DNA of 64,000 nt from a virus. Position 1 is the stretch's first letter; every line of letters begins with the position of its first letter. The stretch covers positions 1 through 64,000 of the IMG/VR virus record IMGVR_UViG_3300008110_000034; one strand, 5' to 3'. A program made the position numbers and the translations under genes. Below, one piece after another: positions 9,942 through 19,846 of this stretch. Under the pieces are notes generated by a model. That model was not told where the DNA came from. It worked only from the letters and a program-made list of their open reading frames with translations, and made no database searches.

Positions 9942-10390
9942 AGATCGGATTTACTTGTAGCACTTTTGACTTATTTCATGCCGGGCATATCATGATGCTC
10001 AAAGAAGCTAAAAGTGTATGTGATCATTTAATTGTAGGACTTCAAACAGACCCTACTATTGATCGTCCAAGAGAAAAAAATAAACCAATACAGACTATCT
10101 TTGAAAGATATGTGCAATTAGAAGCTTGTAAGTATGTAGACGAAATCGTAGTGTACGGCACTGAAAAAGAGTTAGTAGACATCTTGCTTAGTTATCCTAT
10201 TAATGTTAGAATACTAGGTATAGAATACATAGATAAAGATTTTACAGGAAAAAAAGAATGTAATGCTAGAGGAATCGAATTGTATTTTAATAATAGACAA
10301 CATAGTTTCAGCACCACAGAATTAAGAAATCGTGTTGTATATGCCGAAGACATTAAGCGTGTACAAAATCAACCACCGTTAGGAACATAA
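9938..10390 (+). CDS. TagD-like cytidylyltransferase (HxGH family)
   Basis: TFDLFHAGH and SFSTTELR motifs. Confidence 0.85.
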   Translation: MKIGFTCSTFDLFHAGHIMMLKEAKSVCDHLIVGLQTDPTIDRPREKNKPIQTIFERYVQLEACKYVDEIVVYGTEKELVDILLSYPINVRILGIEYIDKDFTGKKECNARGIELYFNNRQHSFSTTELRNRVVYAEDIKRVQNQPPLGT

Positions 10391-10536
10391 TGACCGATAG
10401 AGAATATACAGATGCAATCATGATGTTACATCAAATTGCTCGCATGATTGAAACAAAAATGGGTAAAGGAAATCTCAGCGAAGACATCCGTGACTGCGCT
10501 GATCGATTACACGAATTAACTAAAAAGGTTGTATAA
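10390..10536 (+). CDS. 48-aa hypothetical protein (absent from the ORF track)
   Basis: MTDREYTDAIMMLHQIARMIETKMGKGNLSEDIRDCADRLHELTKKVV; TAATG overlaps at both ends fill the gap exactly. Confidence 0.6.
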   Translation: MTDREYTDAIMMLHQIARMIETKMGKGNLSEDIRDCADRLHELTKKVV

Positions 10537-10760
10537 TGGTATATAAAACAATTTCAACTGAAGTTGATGTAGATATCGACTTATCAGATTTTGACACTGA
10601 GGATTTGATTGAAGAACTAGAAAGTCGTGGTACCGGCGTCGATAGCTTCGGTGATGGTACTGAAGTTTTACAGACTATATACCAGAAGCGTAGACTAGGT
10701 AAAGATTATCAGCAAGAGCTAGACGAACTTATTTGGTTAGGATTAGGAAAAATTATATGA
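10536..10760 (+). CDS. Small acidic hypothetical protein
   Basis: Coupled ORF within the operon. Confidence 0.55.
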   Translation: MVYKTISTEVDVDIDLSDFDTEDLIEELESRGTGVDSFGDGTEVLQTIYQKRRLGKDYQQELDELIWLGLGKII

Positions 10761-11680
10761 AAGAACTATGGGTAGAAAAGTATCGCCCGAATACAATCGA
10801 CGGATATGTCTTTAGAGATACTCATCAGCGAGAGCAAATTGAAAGTTGGATTAAGCAAGGCAGTATTCCACATTTGCTTTTTAGCGGTAATGCTGGTATT
10901 GGAAAAACAACTCTAGCAAAAATACTGTTAAATGAATTAGAAATTAATGACTTAGATATTTTAGAAATCAATGCTAGTCGTACAAATAGTGTTGAAGATG
11001 TAAGAGACAAAATTGTAAACTTTGTACAAATGATTCCTTTTGGAAATTTTAAGGTGGTATTATTAGATGAAGCCGATTATCTTAGCCCTAATGCACAAGC
11101 TGCTCTCCGCGGAGTTATGGAAGAGTATCATACAACTGCTCGTTTTATCCTCACCTGCAACTACCCTAATCGCATTATCCCTGCTATACATTCACGATGT
11201 CAAGGATTTCACATTGAACGAACGGATATTACTGAGTTTACCGCTCGTGTTGCTACAATACTTGTTAGCGAAGAAGTTGATTTCGACTTGGATACGCTTG
11301 ACACGTTCGTAAAGGCAACGTATCCAGACTTACGTAAATGCATTAACACTGTTCAAATGAATAGTATGGATAAGTGTTTACATACTCCGGAAAAAGGAGA
11401 CACTGGTGAACAAGACTACAAGTTGGAAATGGTAGAACTATTCAAAAAAGGAAAAATATCAGAAGCACGTAAGCTTGTATGCAGTCAGGCCAGACCTGAG
11501 GAAATGGAGGAAATTTTCCGATGGTTATATGACAACGTTAGTATATTCGGAGATGAAGAAAAGCAAGAAAAGGCTATTTTAATTATCAAACAAGGACTAG
11601 TTGATCATACACTAGTTATTGATCCGGAAATTAACCTTGCAGCAACCTTAATTAGATTAAGTCATATTAATGAAATTTGA
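10757..11680 (+). CDS. Clamp loader ATPase (RFC small subunit / T4 gp44-like)
   Basis: LWVEKYRP, GNAGIGKT Walker A, LEINAS, VVLLDEAD Walker B, IHSRC. Confidence 0.9.
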   Translation: MKELWVEKYRPNTIDGYVFRDTHQREQIESWIKQGSIPHLLFSGNAGIGKTTLAKILLNELEINDLDILEINASRTNSVEDVRDKIVNFVQMIPFGNFKVVLLDEADYLSPNAQAALRGVMEEYHTTARFILTCNYPNRIIPAIHSRCQGFHIERTDITEFTARVATILVSEEVDFDLDTLDTFVKATYPDLRKCINTVQMNSMDKCLHTPEKGDTGEQDYKLEMVELFKKGKISEARKLVCSQARPEEMEEIFRWLYDNVSIFGDEEKQEKAILIIKQGLVDHTLVIDPEINLAATLIRLSHINEI

Positions 11681-12107
11681 GCCAGAAGATCCAGCAAGAA
11701 AAAATCTTCTTCCATATCCAATTGATATTGGATCTCCTAAATTTGATTTAGTTCCCGTAACTAAGCAAAAAGATATCATGATCAATGTTGCCAGATTACA
11801 TGCGCAACAAGAATATGATAGAATAATGGAACTGGTAAAGGTACTACAAAAGCAAGCAGAACAAATTAAACGTCGTTTAGAAATCACAGATGCTGTTCAT
11901 GCCGCAGAGTATCAATTCCAAGTATACCATAATCAAATATATTGGATAGCGTTTGATCATAAAATAAACAAGACTAGACTTTGCCATCAAGGCCCAAATG
12001 ATTGGACGACTGGGGCTCCGGCACATTATGATTATATTGCTAGAGTAAAGTGGCTAGGAGATCATACTTGGTTAGAAGTTGACGATAATGGAAATCCAGT
12101 ACCATGA
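11670..12107 (+). CDS. Hypothetical protein
   Basis: Coupled ORF with a coiled-coil segment. Confidence 0.55.
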   Translation: MKFEPEDPARKNLLPYPIDIGSPKFDLVPVTKQKDIMINVARLHAQQEYDRIMELVKVLQKQAEQIKRRLEITDAVHAAEYQFQVYHNQIYWIAFDHKINKTRLCHQGPNDWTTGAPAHYDYIARVKWLGDHTWLEVDDNGNPVP

Positions 12108-12583
12108 AACAAAAGTTTATTGATTTGTATATGGATTGGGCGAAACGTCTTGCTCAGTTAAGCTATGCAAAAAGATTACAAGTGGGAGCAGTGATTGTCA
12201 AAGATGATACTGTAATCAGTTACGGTTACAATGGTATGCCTGCAGATTGGAATAATGACTGCGAAGATCGTATATATGCCAACGAATGGACTATTGATGC
12301 TGCTGAGTGGCAGTACACAGACGAAACTGGCAAACCGTATAATTTAAAAACTAAGCCAGAAGTGCTTCATGCAGAGTCAAACGCCATTAGCAAACTTGCT
12401 CGTAGTAGCAACAGTGGCGCTGGTGCTGATATTTTTATCACACATAGTCCATGTCTTGAATGTGCCAAACTTATATACCAATCAGGAATTGGGCGTGTTT
12501 ATTACTGCCAAGACTATCGTGATCGTTCGGGAATTAATTTCTTATTATCTTCAGGAATATTGGTAAACAAAATAGGGGAGTAA
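12104..12583 (+). CDS. dCMP deaminase
   Basis: HAESNAI and SPCLECAK zinc motifs; GYNG. Confidence 0.9.
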   Translation: MKQKFIDLYMDWAKRLAQLSYAKRLQVGAVIVKDDTVISYGYNGMPADWNNDCEDRIYANEWTIDAAEWQYTDETGKPYNLKTKPEVLHAESNAISKLARSSNSGAGADIFITHSPCLECAKLIYQSGIGRVYYCQDYRDRSGINFLLSSGILVNKIGE

Positions 12584-12597
12584 TCTCCCCTATTATT

Positions 12598-13317
12598 TTA
12601 ATCTCCGTAAATATCTAGAATTTCTTTTACTGCATTATGTCTTTCTATATCTAATTTGTCAAAGTGGACAATATCAAGATGTTCTAAATTTTGTTTTTGT
12701 TCAATTAAATTACAAAAATCCATCAATCCGTTGTCTCTTAATCTATCTGCTTGTGCCAGATCTCCTGTTACAACCATTTTAGAATTTTCTCCTAATCTAG
12801 TTAATAACATTTTCATTTGACTCTTTGTAGCATTTTGCATTTCGTCTGCTACAATATAAGAATTTTTAAAAGTTCGTCCTCGCATATACGCAAGCGGACT
12901 TATTTCGATCACTCCTTCCTCTAACATTTTAGCGATGTCTTTATTTTGATAATACTCAAGTAACACATCAAATATAGGTCTAGTCCAGGGCGCCATTTTT
13001 TCTTCTAATGTTCCTGGTAAAAATCCTAAATCTTCGTCTACTGAAATGGCGGGTCGTGTAATAACAATTTTTTCAACTCTTCCCTCTTGCAAATATTTGA
13101 TTCCTGCTTGTACTGCCAACAGGGTTTTTCCTGTTCCAGCAGGCCCAACAGCAAACACTATGTCTTTTCTGCTATCTTTTAGTTTTGATACATAAGTTTC
13201 TTGGTGCTTGTTGCGAGGGATTAAAGATACTTGCTTCTTTTTAAGAGGCAAAAATGTTGGGAAATTGATTATATTATCTTCTGAGGTAAAACGTTTTTTC
13301 ACTCGTTGTTTACTCAT
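12598..13317 (-). CDS. phoH: PhoH-family ATPase
   Basis: GPAGTGKT, LGFLPG, AYMRGRT, DEMQN, TGDLAQ motifs. Confidence 0.93.
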   Translation of the reverse strand: MSKQRVKKRFTSEDNIINFPTFLPLKKKQVSLIPRNKHQETYVSKLKDSRKDIVFAVGPAGTGKTLLAVQAGIKYLQEGRVEKIVITRPAISVDEDLGFLPGTLEEKMAPWTRPIFDVLLEYYQNKDIAKMLEEGVIEISPLAYMRGRTFKNSYIVADEMQNATKSQMKMLLTRLGENSKMVVTGDLAQADRLRDNGLMDFCNLIEQKQNLEHLDIVHFDKLDIERHNAVKEILDIYGD

Positions 13318-13323
13318 TAAGTT

Positions 13324-13395
13324 CTCCTACTTTAAAGTAAAAGTAGGACTTGTAGGTACCCACCAGTAACTACAGAGGTCCTACACAGATATTTA
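13324..13395 (-). promoter_or_regulatory. phoH late promoter plus structured leader
   Basis: TAAATA on the minus strand (13390-13395). Two mutually exclusive stems, one covering the AGGAG SD (13324-13328). Confidence 0.55.
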
Positions 13396-13473
13396 ATGTT
13401 TTATCAAAATAATAATATAGTATGATATCGTTTAAAAGCAGATAAATAATTGTGCAAATTATAGGATCCAACA

Positions 13474-14013
13474 ATGCATGATATTTTAGATGTAATAAAG
13501 AACGTCGAATCTCTTTATTCTACAAATAATAGCCTCTCTATTCTTAAAGATTTTGAGCGTGTTTTAGACGAAATGAATATGTATGTTTACGAAAATTGGG
13601 AAGACGGCGAGCTAGCCGAAGGACCTATCGTAGAAAGACATTGGATAACTGCTAGTTTTATGTGGCCTCACAAAAAAATGCCGGATCCAATGGCAGCTAA
13701 AAGACTTCTTGAATACGGATGCAAAGTAAACTATAAAAAAAGTTCCTTAATTGAACCAAGACAAATTAAAACACCGGATGATGTAAGACCAGGAACTAGA
13801 AAAGGTAAACTAGATCGTACATCTATTTGGATTGTTGAAATCATGATGCCAAAAAAATTGGTAGAAGACATATACGAAGGTTATATGTCAAAATTAAAAG
13901 AAACTAAATTTGGTCGTACAAGTAAAGTTTCAGCTAGTCCTGCAGAGCCAGCAGATGCTACTGCAATGGCTGCTCCTGCTGCTCCTGCTGCTCCTGCTGC
14001 GCCGGCAGTATAA
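13474..14013 (+). CDS. Hypothetical late protein with Ala/Pro tail
   Basis: TAAATA at 13443, AGGA SD; C-terminal (AAP)n repeats. Confidence 0.6.
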   Translation: MHDILDVIKNVESLYSTNNSLSILKDFERVLDEMNMYVYENWEDGELAEGPIVERHWITASFMWPHKKMPDPMAAKRLLEYGCKVNYKKSSLIEPRQIKTPDDVRPGTRKGKLDRTSIWIVEIMMPKKLVEDIYEGYMSKLKETKFGRTSKVSASPAEPADATAMAAPAAPAAPAAPAV

Positions 14014-14022
14014 AGGATTTAC

Positions 14023-14757
14023 ATGAATAGTTTAAACGAAGACCTACGCAAAGGCGATTTAAAATTACTAGTAGATAATATCTTTGAAGTTGACAGTTAT
14101 GTTAGCAAAATGGGGTCTGACCAAGATGTATCAACGATCTCATTTACGGTAACTGGTCAAGCTGCTGCTAAAGATTTAGTTAAGTTTTTAGAAAACGGAT
14201 ATAGTTTTATTTTAGATGCTGACATAAGCTCAGGACAAGTAAAAGATGACAAATATAAAGTATTTGTAGAAATTGAAAGAAACAAAGATACTGCTAAAAA
14301 TATTACAGAGATGTTAGACGGTGTTGGTAAGTTAGCCGATGTTGAAAACTTTAAATTTAGATATTATAAAAGCTTTCAGTCTGAAGAAGCAGAAATGTCA
14401 AGATTAAATGAAATCATTCCTACTAGTCCAGATGCTTACGATTTAAGAATTAAAGAAAGTTATATGAACAATTTCAGTAACTTTTTTAATAGGAGTTTTA
14501 TTGAAAATATTGATGTCAATGATGATACCCTGGTATTTCAAAAAATGTATGCTGAGCCTTTAAGAATGAAAATAAAAAACTTTGGACAGAAAAATGCTGT
14601 CTACGACAGTACACCTGGTGCATTCATGCTTGAAAGTAAAGACATGGCTGAAATCTTGTATCTAACAAAATATTTAGGCAACTATAATATTACTAAAATT
14701 GGAAATACTTTTATTTTTGAAAATAACAATCATGCAGTATCTCTGGAGAAATTATAA
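14023..14757 (+). CDS. Hypothetical protein
   Basis: AAGGA SD, 244-aa ORF, leader MNSLNE. Confidence 0.6.
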   Translation: MNSLNEDLRKGDLKLLVDNIFEVDSYVSKMGSDQDVSTISFTVTGQAAAKDLVKFLENGYSFILDADISSGQVKDDKYKVFVEIERNKDTAKNITEMLDGVGKLADVENFKFRYYKSFQSEEAEMSRLNEIIPTSPDAYDLRIKESYMNNFSNFFNRSFIENIDVNDDTLVFQKMYAEPLRMKIKNFGQKNAVYDSTPGAFMLESKDMAEILYLTKYLGNYNITKIGNTFIFENNNHAVSLEKL

Positions 14758-15212
14758 TGTGGATGTTTAATTTTATACCTGATAGTTGGTTAATATGGTT
14801 AACTTATTCAATGTTAACAGTTGGTGTGGTTTTATATATTGCTAGTAAATTAATTTCCTGGATACCTATGATTAAAAACTACAAGATTCCTATGGAACTT
14901 GTTGGTATTATTTTATACGGTGCTTCGGCATATTTTCTAGGAGGTTTTTCAAACGAAGAAAAATGGCAGCAACGTATAAAAGAATTAGAAGAACAAATTA
15001 GAGTAGCAGAAGAAAAAAGTCAACAAGTTAATACAGTAATTAAAGAAAAGATTGTGTATAGAACTAAAGTTATTAAACAAAAAGAAACTGTGTATGTTGA
15101 TAAGATAAAAGAAATAGCCAAAGAAGTTGATGCTAAATGCGAAGTGGATCCTAGAGTGATTGAACTGTTAAATGAAGCATCTGAGAATCCGGTAAAAGGA
15201 GAAGATAAATGA
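14757..15212 (+). CDS. Probable i-spanin (Rz-like)
   Basis: N-terminal TM helices, then a coiled-coil periplasmic part ending in a C-x-V-DP motif; directly before a lipoprotein gene. Confidence 0.6.
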   Translation: MWMFNFIPDSWLIWLTYSMLTVGVVLYIASKLISWIPMIKNYKIPMELVGIILYGASAYFLGGFSNEEKWQQRIKELEEQIRVAEEKSQQVNTVIKEKIVYRTKVIKQKETVYVDKIKEIAKEVDAKCEVDPRVIELLNEASENPVKGEDK

Positions 15213-15475
15213 AATTTCCTATAATCCTCGTTAGTCTGATGTTAGTAGGATGTTCTACTCCAGTTCCTGTTAAAATGAAATTTCCGGATGTACCATCTGA
15301 GTTATTAGAAGCTTGTCCAGATCTTGAAAAAGTTCCTGCAGGTACTAAACAATTAAGTACAACCGCAGAAGTGGTAATTAAAAATTATTCAAAATATCAC
15401 GGGTGCAAAGGCAAAGTTGATGACTGGATTGAGTGGTACAAAAATCAAAAATCTATATCAGATTCAATAAAATAA
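15209..15475 (+). CDS. Probable o-spanin lipoprotein (Rz1-like)
   Basis: Lipobox LMLVG-C; Pro-rich FPDVPSELLEACPDL. Confidence 0.65.
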   Translation: MKFPIILVSLMLVGCSTPVPVKMKFPDVPSELLEACPDLEKVPAGTKQLSTTAEVVIKNYSKYHGCKGKVDDWIEWYKNQKSISDSIK

Positions 15476-15534
15476 TCAAAACTTGATTAGTTCCAAAATT
15501 GGATAAATATTAGCATATTAAGGAAGGAGCGATT

Positions 15535-15777
15535 ATGAACCTAAAATGGATCGTACTATTACCCGTTTTAATGTTCTTATCTGGATGTGAAGAGCGATAC
15601 AGATATCCATGTCAAGACCCAGACAACTGGGAAGAAAAACAATGTAAAAAACCCTACTGTAGTGCCAATGGAACCTGTCCAGAAGACTTAACAAACTACG
15701 AAAAAAAAAACGTAATGATTAATAAAGAAGGAAATGCTGTATTTGTACCAGCGCCAAGTAAAGGAGAATGTAAATGA
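15535..15777 (+). CDS. Cys-rich lipoprotein
   Basis: Lipobox FLSG-C; TAAATA at 15504; AAGGAG SD. Confidence 0.65.
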   Translation: MNLKWIVLLPVLMFLSGCEERYRYPCQDPDNWEEKQCKKPYCSANGTCPEDLTNYEKKNVMINKEGNAVFVPAPSKGECK

Positions 15778-16265
15778 TTAAAGAATTATGGGACGGACCA
15801 AGATATACGTCTGAAGAGCTTCAAGCTCGTTTAAAGTTTTTTATTGGTATAGTTCTAGGCCTAACACTATTTGGAATTGTTTTTGTAGTGTTATACAGTC
15901 TAATTTTTGTAACTCAACCAATGAATGGAATGAGCCCTGTTGATAATAAGTTTTTTGAACTCATTATACCTATCGCAACATTCTTAACTGGTACACTGTC
16001 TGGCATTATGCTAGCAGGTGACGACAAAGATTTAAGAATGAAAGCTATAGAAGCAGCTAATAAACCTCCTCCACCGAGTGCTCCTACACCTTCGCCGTCG
16101 ATTTCACCAAGACCAGTTGGACCTAGTCCAATGATGCCTATGGCTGCTGCTCCGGCTGCAGGAATGGGAGTTGTTTCTGCTACGGGCGTTGGTGATCTTC
16201 CAGCTTTTGGAAAACCTGCTATTCCAAATACCCCGCTAGATGACACAATGAATCCATTAGAGTAG
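15774..16265 (+). CDS. Two-TM membrane protein with Pro-rich tail (holin/antiholin candidate)
   Basis: Two hydrophobic segments; next to spanin-like genes. Confidence 0.45.
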   Translation: MIKELWDGPRYTSEELQARLKFFIGIVLGLTLFGIVFVVLYSLIFVTQPMNGMSPVDNKFFELIIPIATFLTGTLSGIMLAGDDKDLRMKAIEAANKPPPPSAPTPSPSISPRPVGPSPMMPMAAAPAAGMGVVSATGVGDLPAFGKPAIPNTPLDDTMNPLE

Positions 16266-16294
16266 TTGACATTGTGATTTTTGTAGTGTATAAT
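16266..16294 (+). promoter_or_regulatory. Sigma70-type promoter
   Basis: TTGACA (16266-16271), 17 nt, TATAAT (16289-16294). Confidence 0.8.
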
Positions 16295-16301
16295 GTTTAT
16301 C

Positions 16302-17132
16302 ATGAACCATTACGAAACTTTAGGAATCTCAGAAAACGCTAGTCAGGATGATGTTAAAAAAGCCTATAAAAAATTGGCTATGAAACATCATCCCGACAGA
16401 GGCGGAGACACAAAATATTTTCAGTCATTATCCGAAGCATATGAAACTCTAAGCGACACACACAAGCGCAGAGAGTACGATATGAGTCGAAACGGATCCC
16501 CCTTTATTAATATTAATACCGGAAATATGAATGATATTTTCGGATTCGGTATGGGAGATATGTTTGGCCATTTCTTTAGACACGAAATGCGTCAAAAAAA
16601 TAGGGATCTAAATATTCAATGCACCATTACATTTAAACAAGCATTCACTGGAACTCAACTAGAAGCAAATTATAGGCTTCCGTCTGGTAAAGATCAAAGT
16701 TTAACCATTGATGTACCTCCTGGCATTGCTAACGGTCAAACCATTAGATATGCAAAATATGGAGACGATTCTTTCGCCCACCTACCTAGAGGCGATTTAA
16801 ATGTTACTGTACTTGTTACACCTGATGAAAGATTTGAACGAAAAGGAGATGATATTTTTTCGCATCTCAAAATAAGCCCGTTTGAAGCTATGACAGGGTG
16901 TATAAAAGAGATAACATCTGTTACTGATGAAATTAGTACTATTACTATTAATCCTGGAACTCAATCAAACAGTCATTATGTTAAAAGAGGATTAGGATTT
17001 AGAAGTATTCATAACGGACAGTTAGGAAATTTTATTGTAGTAGTTGATATAGAAATACCAGCTATTACTGATCCAATTCTAAAAAACAAGATACAGGAAC
17101 TTCATGCTGAAATTACTCAAAAGCACAGATAA
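16302..17132 (+). CDS. dnaJ: DnaJ/CbpA-like co-chaperone (no Zn finger)
   Basis: MNHYETLG J-domain start, HHPDRGG (HPD motif), C-terminal GDLNV/GNFIV domains. Confidence 0.88.
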   Translation: MNHYETLGISENASQDDVKKAYKKLAMKHHPDRGGDTKYFQSLSEAYETLSDTHKRREYDMSRNGSPFININTGNMNDIFGFGMGDMFGHFFRHEMRQKNRDLNIQCTITFKQAFTGTQLEANYRLPSGKDQSLTIDVPPGIANGQTIRYAKYGDDSFAHLPRGDLNVTVLVTPDERFERKGDDIFSHLKISPFEAMTGCIKEITSVTDEISTITINPGTQSNSHYVKRGLGFRSIHNGQLGNFIVVVDIEIPAITDPILKNKIQELHAEITQKHR

Positions 17133-17616
17133 TTTTTTAAAAGAAGTCTTACCAGACTTTGACTTTGATAATCCCGTTATTAATCCTCTAACACTAGAAG
17201 AGGAAATGGTCAAGTTAATGGCAGAAGAAAACGGTATTGGTCTTGCTGCAAGTCAAGTAGGAGTCAATGCCAGGGTATTCGTTATGCATCTTAAAAATAT
17301 GCCTGAAGTGTATACACCATTTGCTCTATTCAATCCTGTAATAATCAGTGCAAGTTCAGAACAAGTTGAAGATGAAGAAGGATGTTTAAGCTTTCCAGGA
17401 TTATTTTTTAAAGTTAAAAGACCTAAAACTATAGTAGTCGAGTTTCTTGACAGAAATAAAAAATCTTATATACTAACACTAGAAGGAATCGATGCTAGAT
17501 GTTTTTTACACGAGTTGGATCATTTAAATGGTGTCTGTTTTACAGACCGAATAAGTAAATTAAAACTAGATTTAGCAATTAAAAAACAAAGGAAAAGATA
17601 TGGTAGAACCAAGTGA
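17104..17616 (+). CDS. def: Peptide deformylase
   Basis: GIGLAASQVG, EGCLS, HELDHLNG motifs. Confidence 0.93.
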   Translation: MLKLLKSTDNFLKEVLPDFDFDNPVINPLTLEEEMVKLMAEENGIGLAASQVGVNARVFVMHLKNMPEVYTPFALFNPVIISASSEQVEDEEGCLSFPGLFFKVKRPKTIVVEFLDRNKKSYILTLEGIDARCFLHELDHLNGVCFTDRISKLKLDLAIKKQRKRYGRTK

Positions 17617-19846
17617 CAATTTGCAGTTGGTATTTGAAGCAGCAATCGATGTAGCTAAAAAACTCAATCATGAATATCTTACAATCGAACATTTGCTGTA
17701 TGCTATGTTATGCGATGAAAGTTTTACTAATTGCATTAGCGGATATGGTTCAGATCCAGAAAGCTTAAAAAAGGATGTCGAACTCTATATCAAAAATAAA
17801 TTAAATGATATAGTAATCAGCGATAATACTAAGCCAAAAAAAACTCAAGCAGTTGAGCGAGTGTTAAACAGAGCATTTACTCAAGTGCTGTTTCATGGAA
17901 GACAAAAAATTGAGTCTACAGATGTTTTTGTCTCGATTATGAGCGAAAAAAAATCTTGGGCACATTTTTATATTCAACAAGCAGACATTGATAAAGATAA
18001 ATTCCTCGATTATATTAATAATGCAGCAGAAGAGGAAGAGATTGAATCACATGACACACAGAGCGATCGTGCTCTAAAAGCTTTTACTACAAATCTAAAT
18101 GAAGCTGTTAAGAAGAATAAAGTTGATCCTGTTATTGGACGCATTGACGAGTTAGAAAATATCTCTCTAGCACTTGGACGTAGATCAAAGAGTAATGTAA
18201 TTCTTGTAGGCGATCCAGGTGTAGGTAAAACTGCAATAGCTGAAGGACTTGCATATAATATTGTTAAAGGTGCAGTTCCAGATTTCCTTAAAGAATATAC
18301 AGTTTATAATTTAGATATTAGTGCTATGTTAGCAGGTAGCAAGTATCGTGGAGACTTTGAAGAACGCTTTAAAGCAGTATTAAAAGGCCTAAGCAAAAAA
18401 GGAAAAACTGTCCTGTTCATCGATGAAGCACATATGATCAGCGGAGCAGGAAGTGCAAATAATAGTGCAAATGATCTCAGTAATATGATGAAACCTGCAC
18501 TGAGCAAAGGTAATATTAAAGTTGTTGCTAGTACTACTTGGGAAGAATATCGTAAGTACTTTGAAAAGGATCGCGCACTAATGCGTCGATTCCAACGAAT
18601 TACAGTAGAAGAACCTACTGCAGAAATGACTATACAAATCCTTAAAGGAATTAAAAAATACTACGAAACTTTTCATAAAGTTAAAATTAAAGATGATGCA
18701 ATTCATTCTGCCGTAAAACTTAGCATTAAGTATCAAGCAGATAAGAAATTACCAGATAAGGCAATTGATTTAATTGACTGTGCTGCAAGTAGATTTAATC
18801 TTAAATTAGCTGATGAAAGAATAATCACTACTAATGAAATTGAATACGAAATTAGTAAAATGGTTAATATTCCTGCAGAGACAATTGCAGAACAAGAATC
18901 TTCAAATCTAGCTAATTTAGAATCTCAAATTAAAGAAGACGTCTATGGACAAGATTTTGCAATTACCGAAGTTGTAGATAAGATTCTTGTAAGCAGAGCA
19001 GGGTTAAAATCTGAAAATAAACCAGTTGGTAGTTTTGTGTTCATGGGACCAACGGGTTGCGGTAAAACTGAGACTGCTAAAGCACTGTCCAAGCACCTCG
19101 GAGTCAAGCTAATTAGATTTGATATGAGTGAATATCAAGAAAAACATTCAGTATCTAAACTAATTGGCAGTCCGCCTGGGTATGTAGGTTTCGAAGAAAA
19201 TGCCGGATTATTAATTACACAGATCCAAGAATCCCCGAACTGTATACTACTGCTAGACGAGATTGAAAAAGCTCATCCGGATGTGGCAACTATTTTGTTG
19301 CAAATTATGGACAACGGATTTGTTACAGGCAGTAATGGTAAAAAGGCAGATTGTAGAAATATTATTCTAATCTTAACTACTAATGCAGGTGCAGCAGAGT
19401 CTGAAAAGAATGTTATTGGGTTTGGTGATCAAGAAAAAGTCTACGAAGATAAAGAACTTAAGAAATTCTTTGCTCCAGAATTTAGAAATCGTCTTGATGG
19501 CATTGTTACATTCAACAAGCTTGGAAAAGAAACAATGATCAAGATTGTTGGAAAATTCATGTCAGAAGTGCGTGATCAAATTAGAGAAAAAGGCGTTAAA
19601 CTAAAAATCAATAACGACGCAATTGACTGGTTAGTAGAAAAAGGGTTTGATAAGAAAATGGGTGCTCGTCCTTTACAGCGTGTAATTGATAAAGAAATTA
19701 AACGTCCGTTAGCTAAGATGATACTATTTGGTGATCTTAAGAAGGGCGGAATATTGAATATTTCTATAGAAGATGATAAAATAGCACTACGACCAAAAGT
19801 TAGTAAGTCTAAAATTGTAACAAATGAAATTCCTGAAATCTCATAA
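17600..19846 (+). CDS. clpA: ClpA-type AAA+ unfoldase
   Basis: Clp N-domain, two Walker A motifs (GDPGVGKT, GPTGCGKT), IGF ClpP-docking loop, no ClpB middle domain. Confidence 0.92.
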   Translation: MVEPSDNLQLVFEAAIDVAKKLNHEYLTIEHLLYAMLCDESFTNCISGYGSDPESLKKDVELYIKNKLNDIVISDNTKPKKTQAVERVLNRAFTQVLFHGRQKIESTDVFVSIMSEKKSWAHFYIQQADIDKDKFLDYINNAAEEEEIESHDTQSDRALKAFTTNLNEAVKKNKVDPVIGRIDELENISLALGRRSKSNVILVGDPGVGKTAIAEGLAYNIVKGAVPDFLKEYTVYNLDISAMLAGSKYRGDFEERFKAVLKGLSKKGKTVLFIDEAHMISGAGSANNSANDLSNMMKPALSKGNIKVVASTTWEEYRKYFEKDRALMRRFQRITVEEPTAEMTIQILKGIKKYYETFHKVKIKDDAIHSAVKLSIKYQADKKLPDKAIDLIDCAASRFNLKLADERIITTNEIEYEISKMVNIPAETIAEQESSNLANLESQIKEDVYGQDFAITEVVDKILVSRAGLKSENKPVGSFVFMGPTGCGKTETAKALSKHLGVKLIRFDMSEYQEKHSVSKLIGSPPGYVGFEENAGLLITQIQESPNCILLLDEIEKAHPDVATILLQIMDNGFVTGSNGKKADCRNIILILTTNAGAAESEKNVIGFGDQEKVYEDKELKKFFAPEFRNRLDGIVTFNKLGKETMIKIVGKFMSEVRDQIREKGVKLKINNDAIDWLVEKGFDKKMGARPLQRVIDKEIKRPLAKMILFGDLKKGGILNISIEDDKIALRPKVSKSKIVTNEIPEIS

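Noticed and set aside
12608-12613. Antisense TAAATA at the 3' end of phoH
   Set aside because: A hexamer expected by chance in AT-rich DNA, with no downstream gene on that strand.
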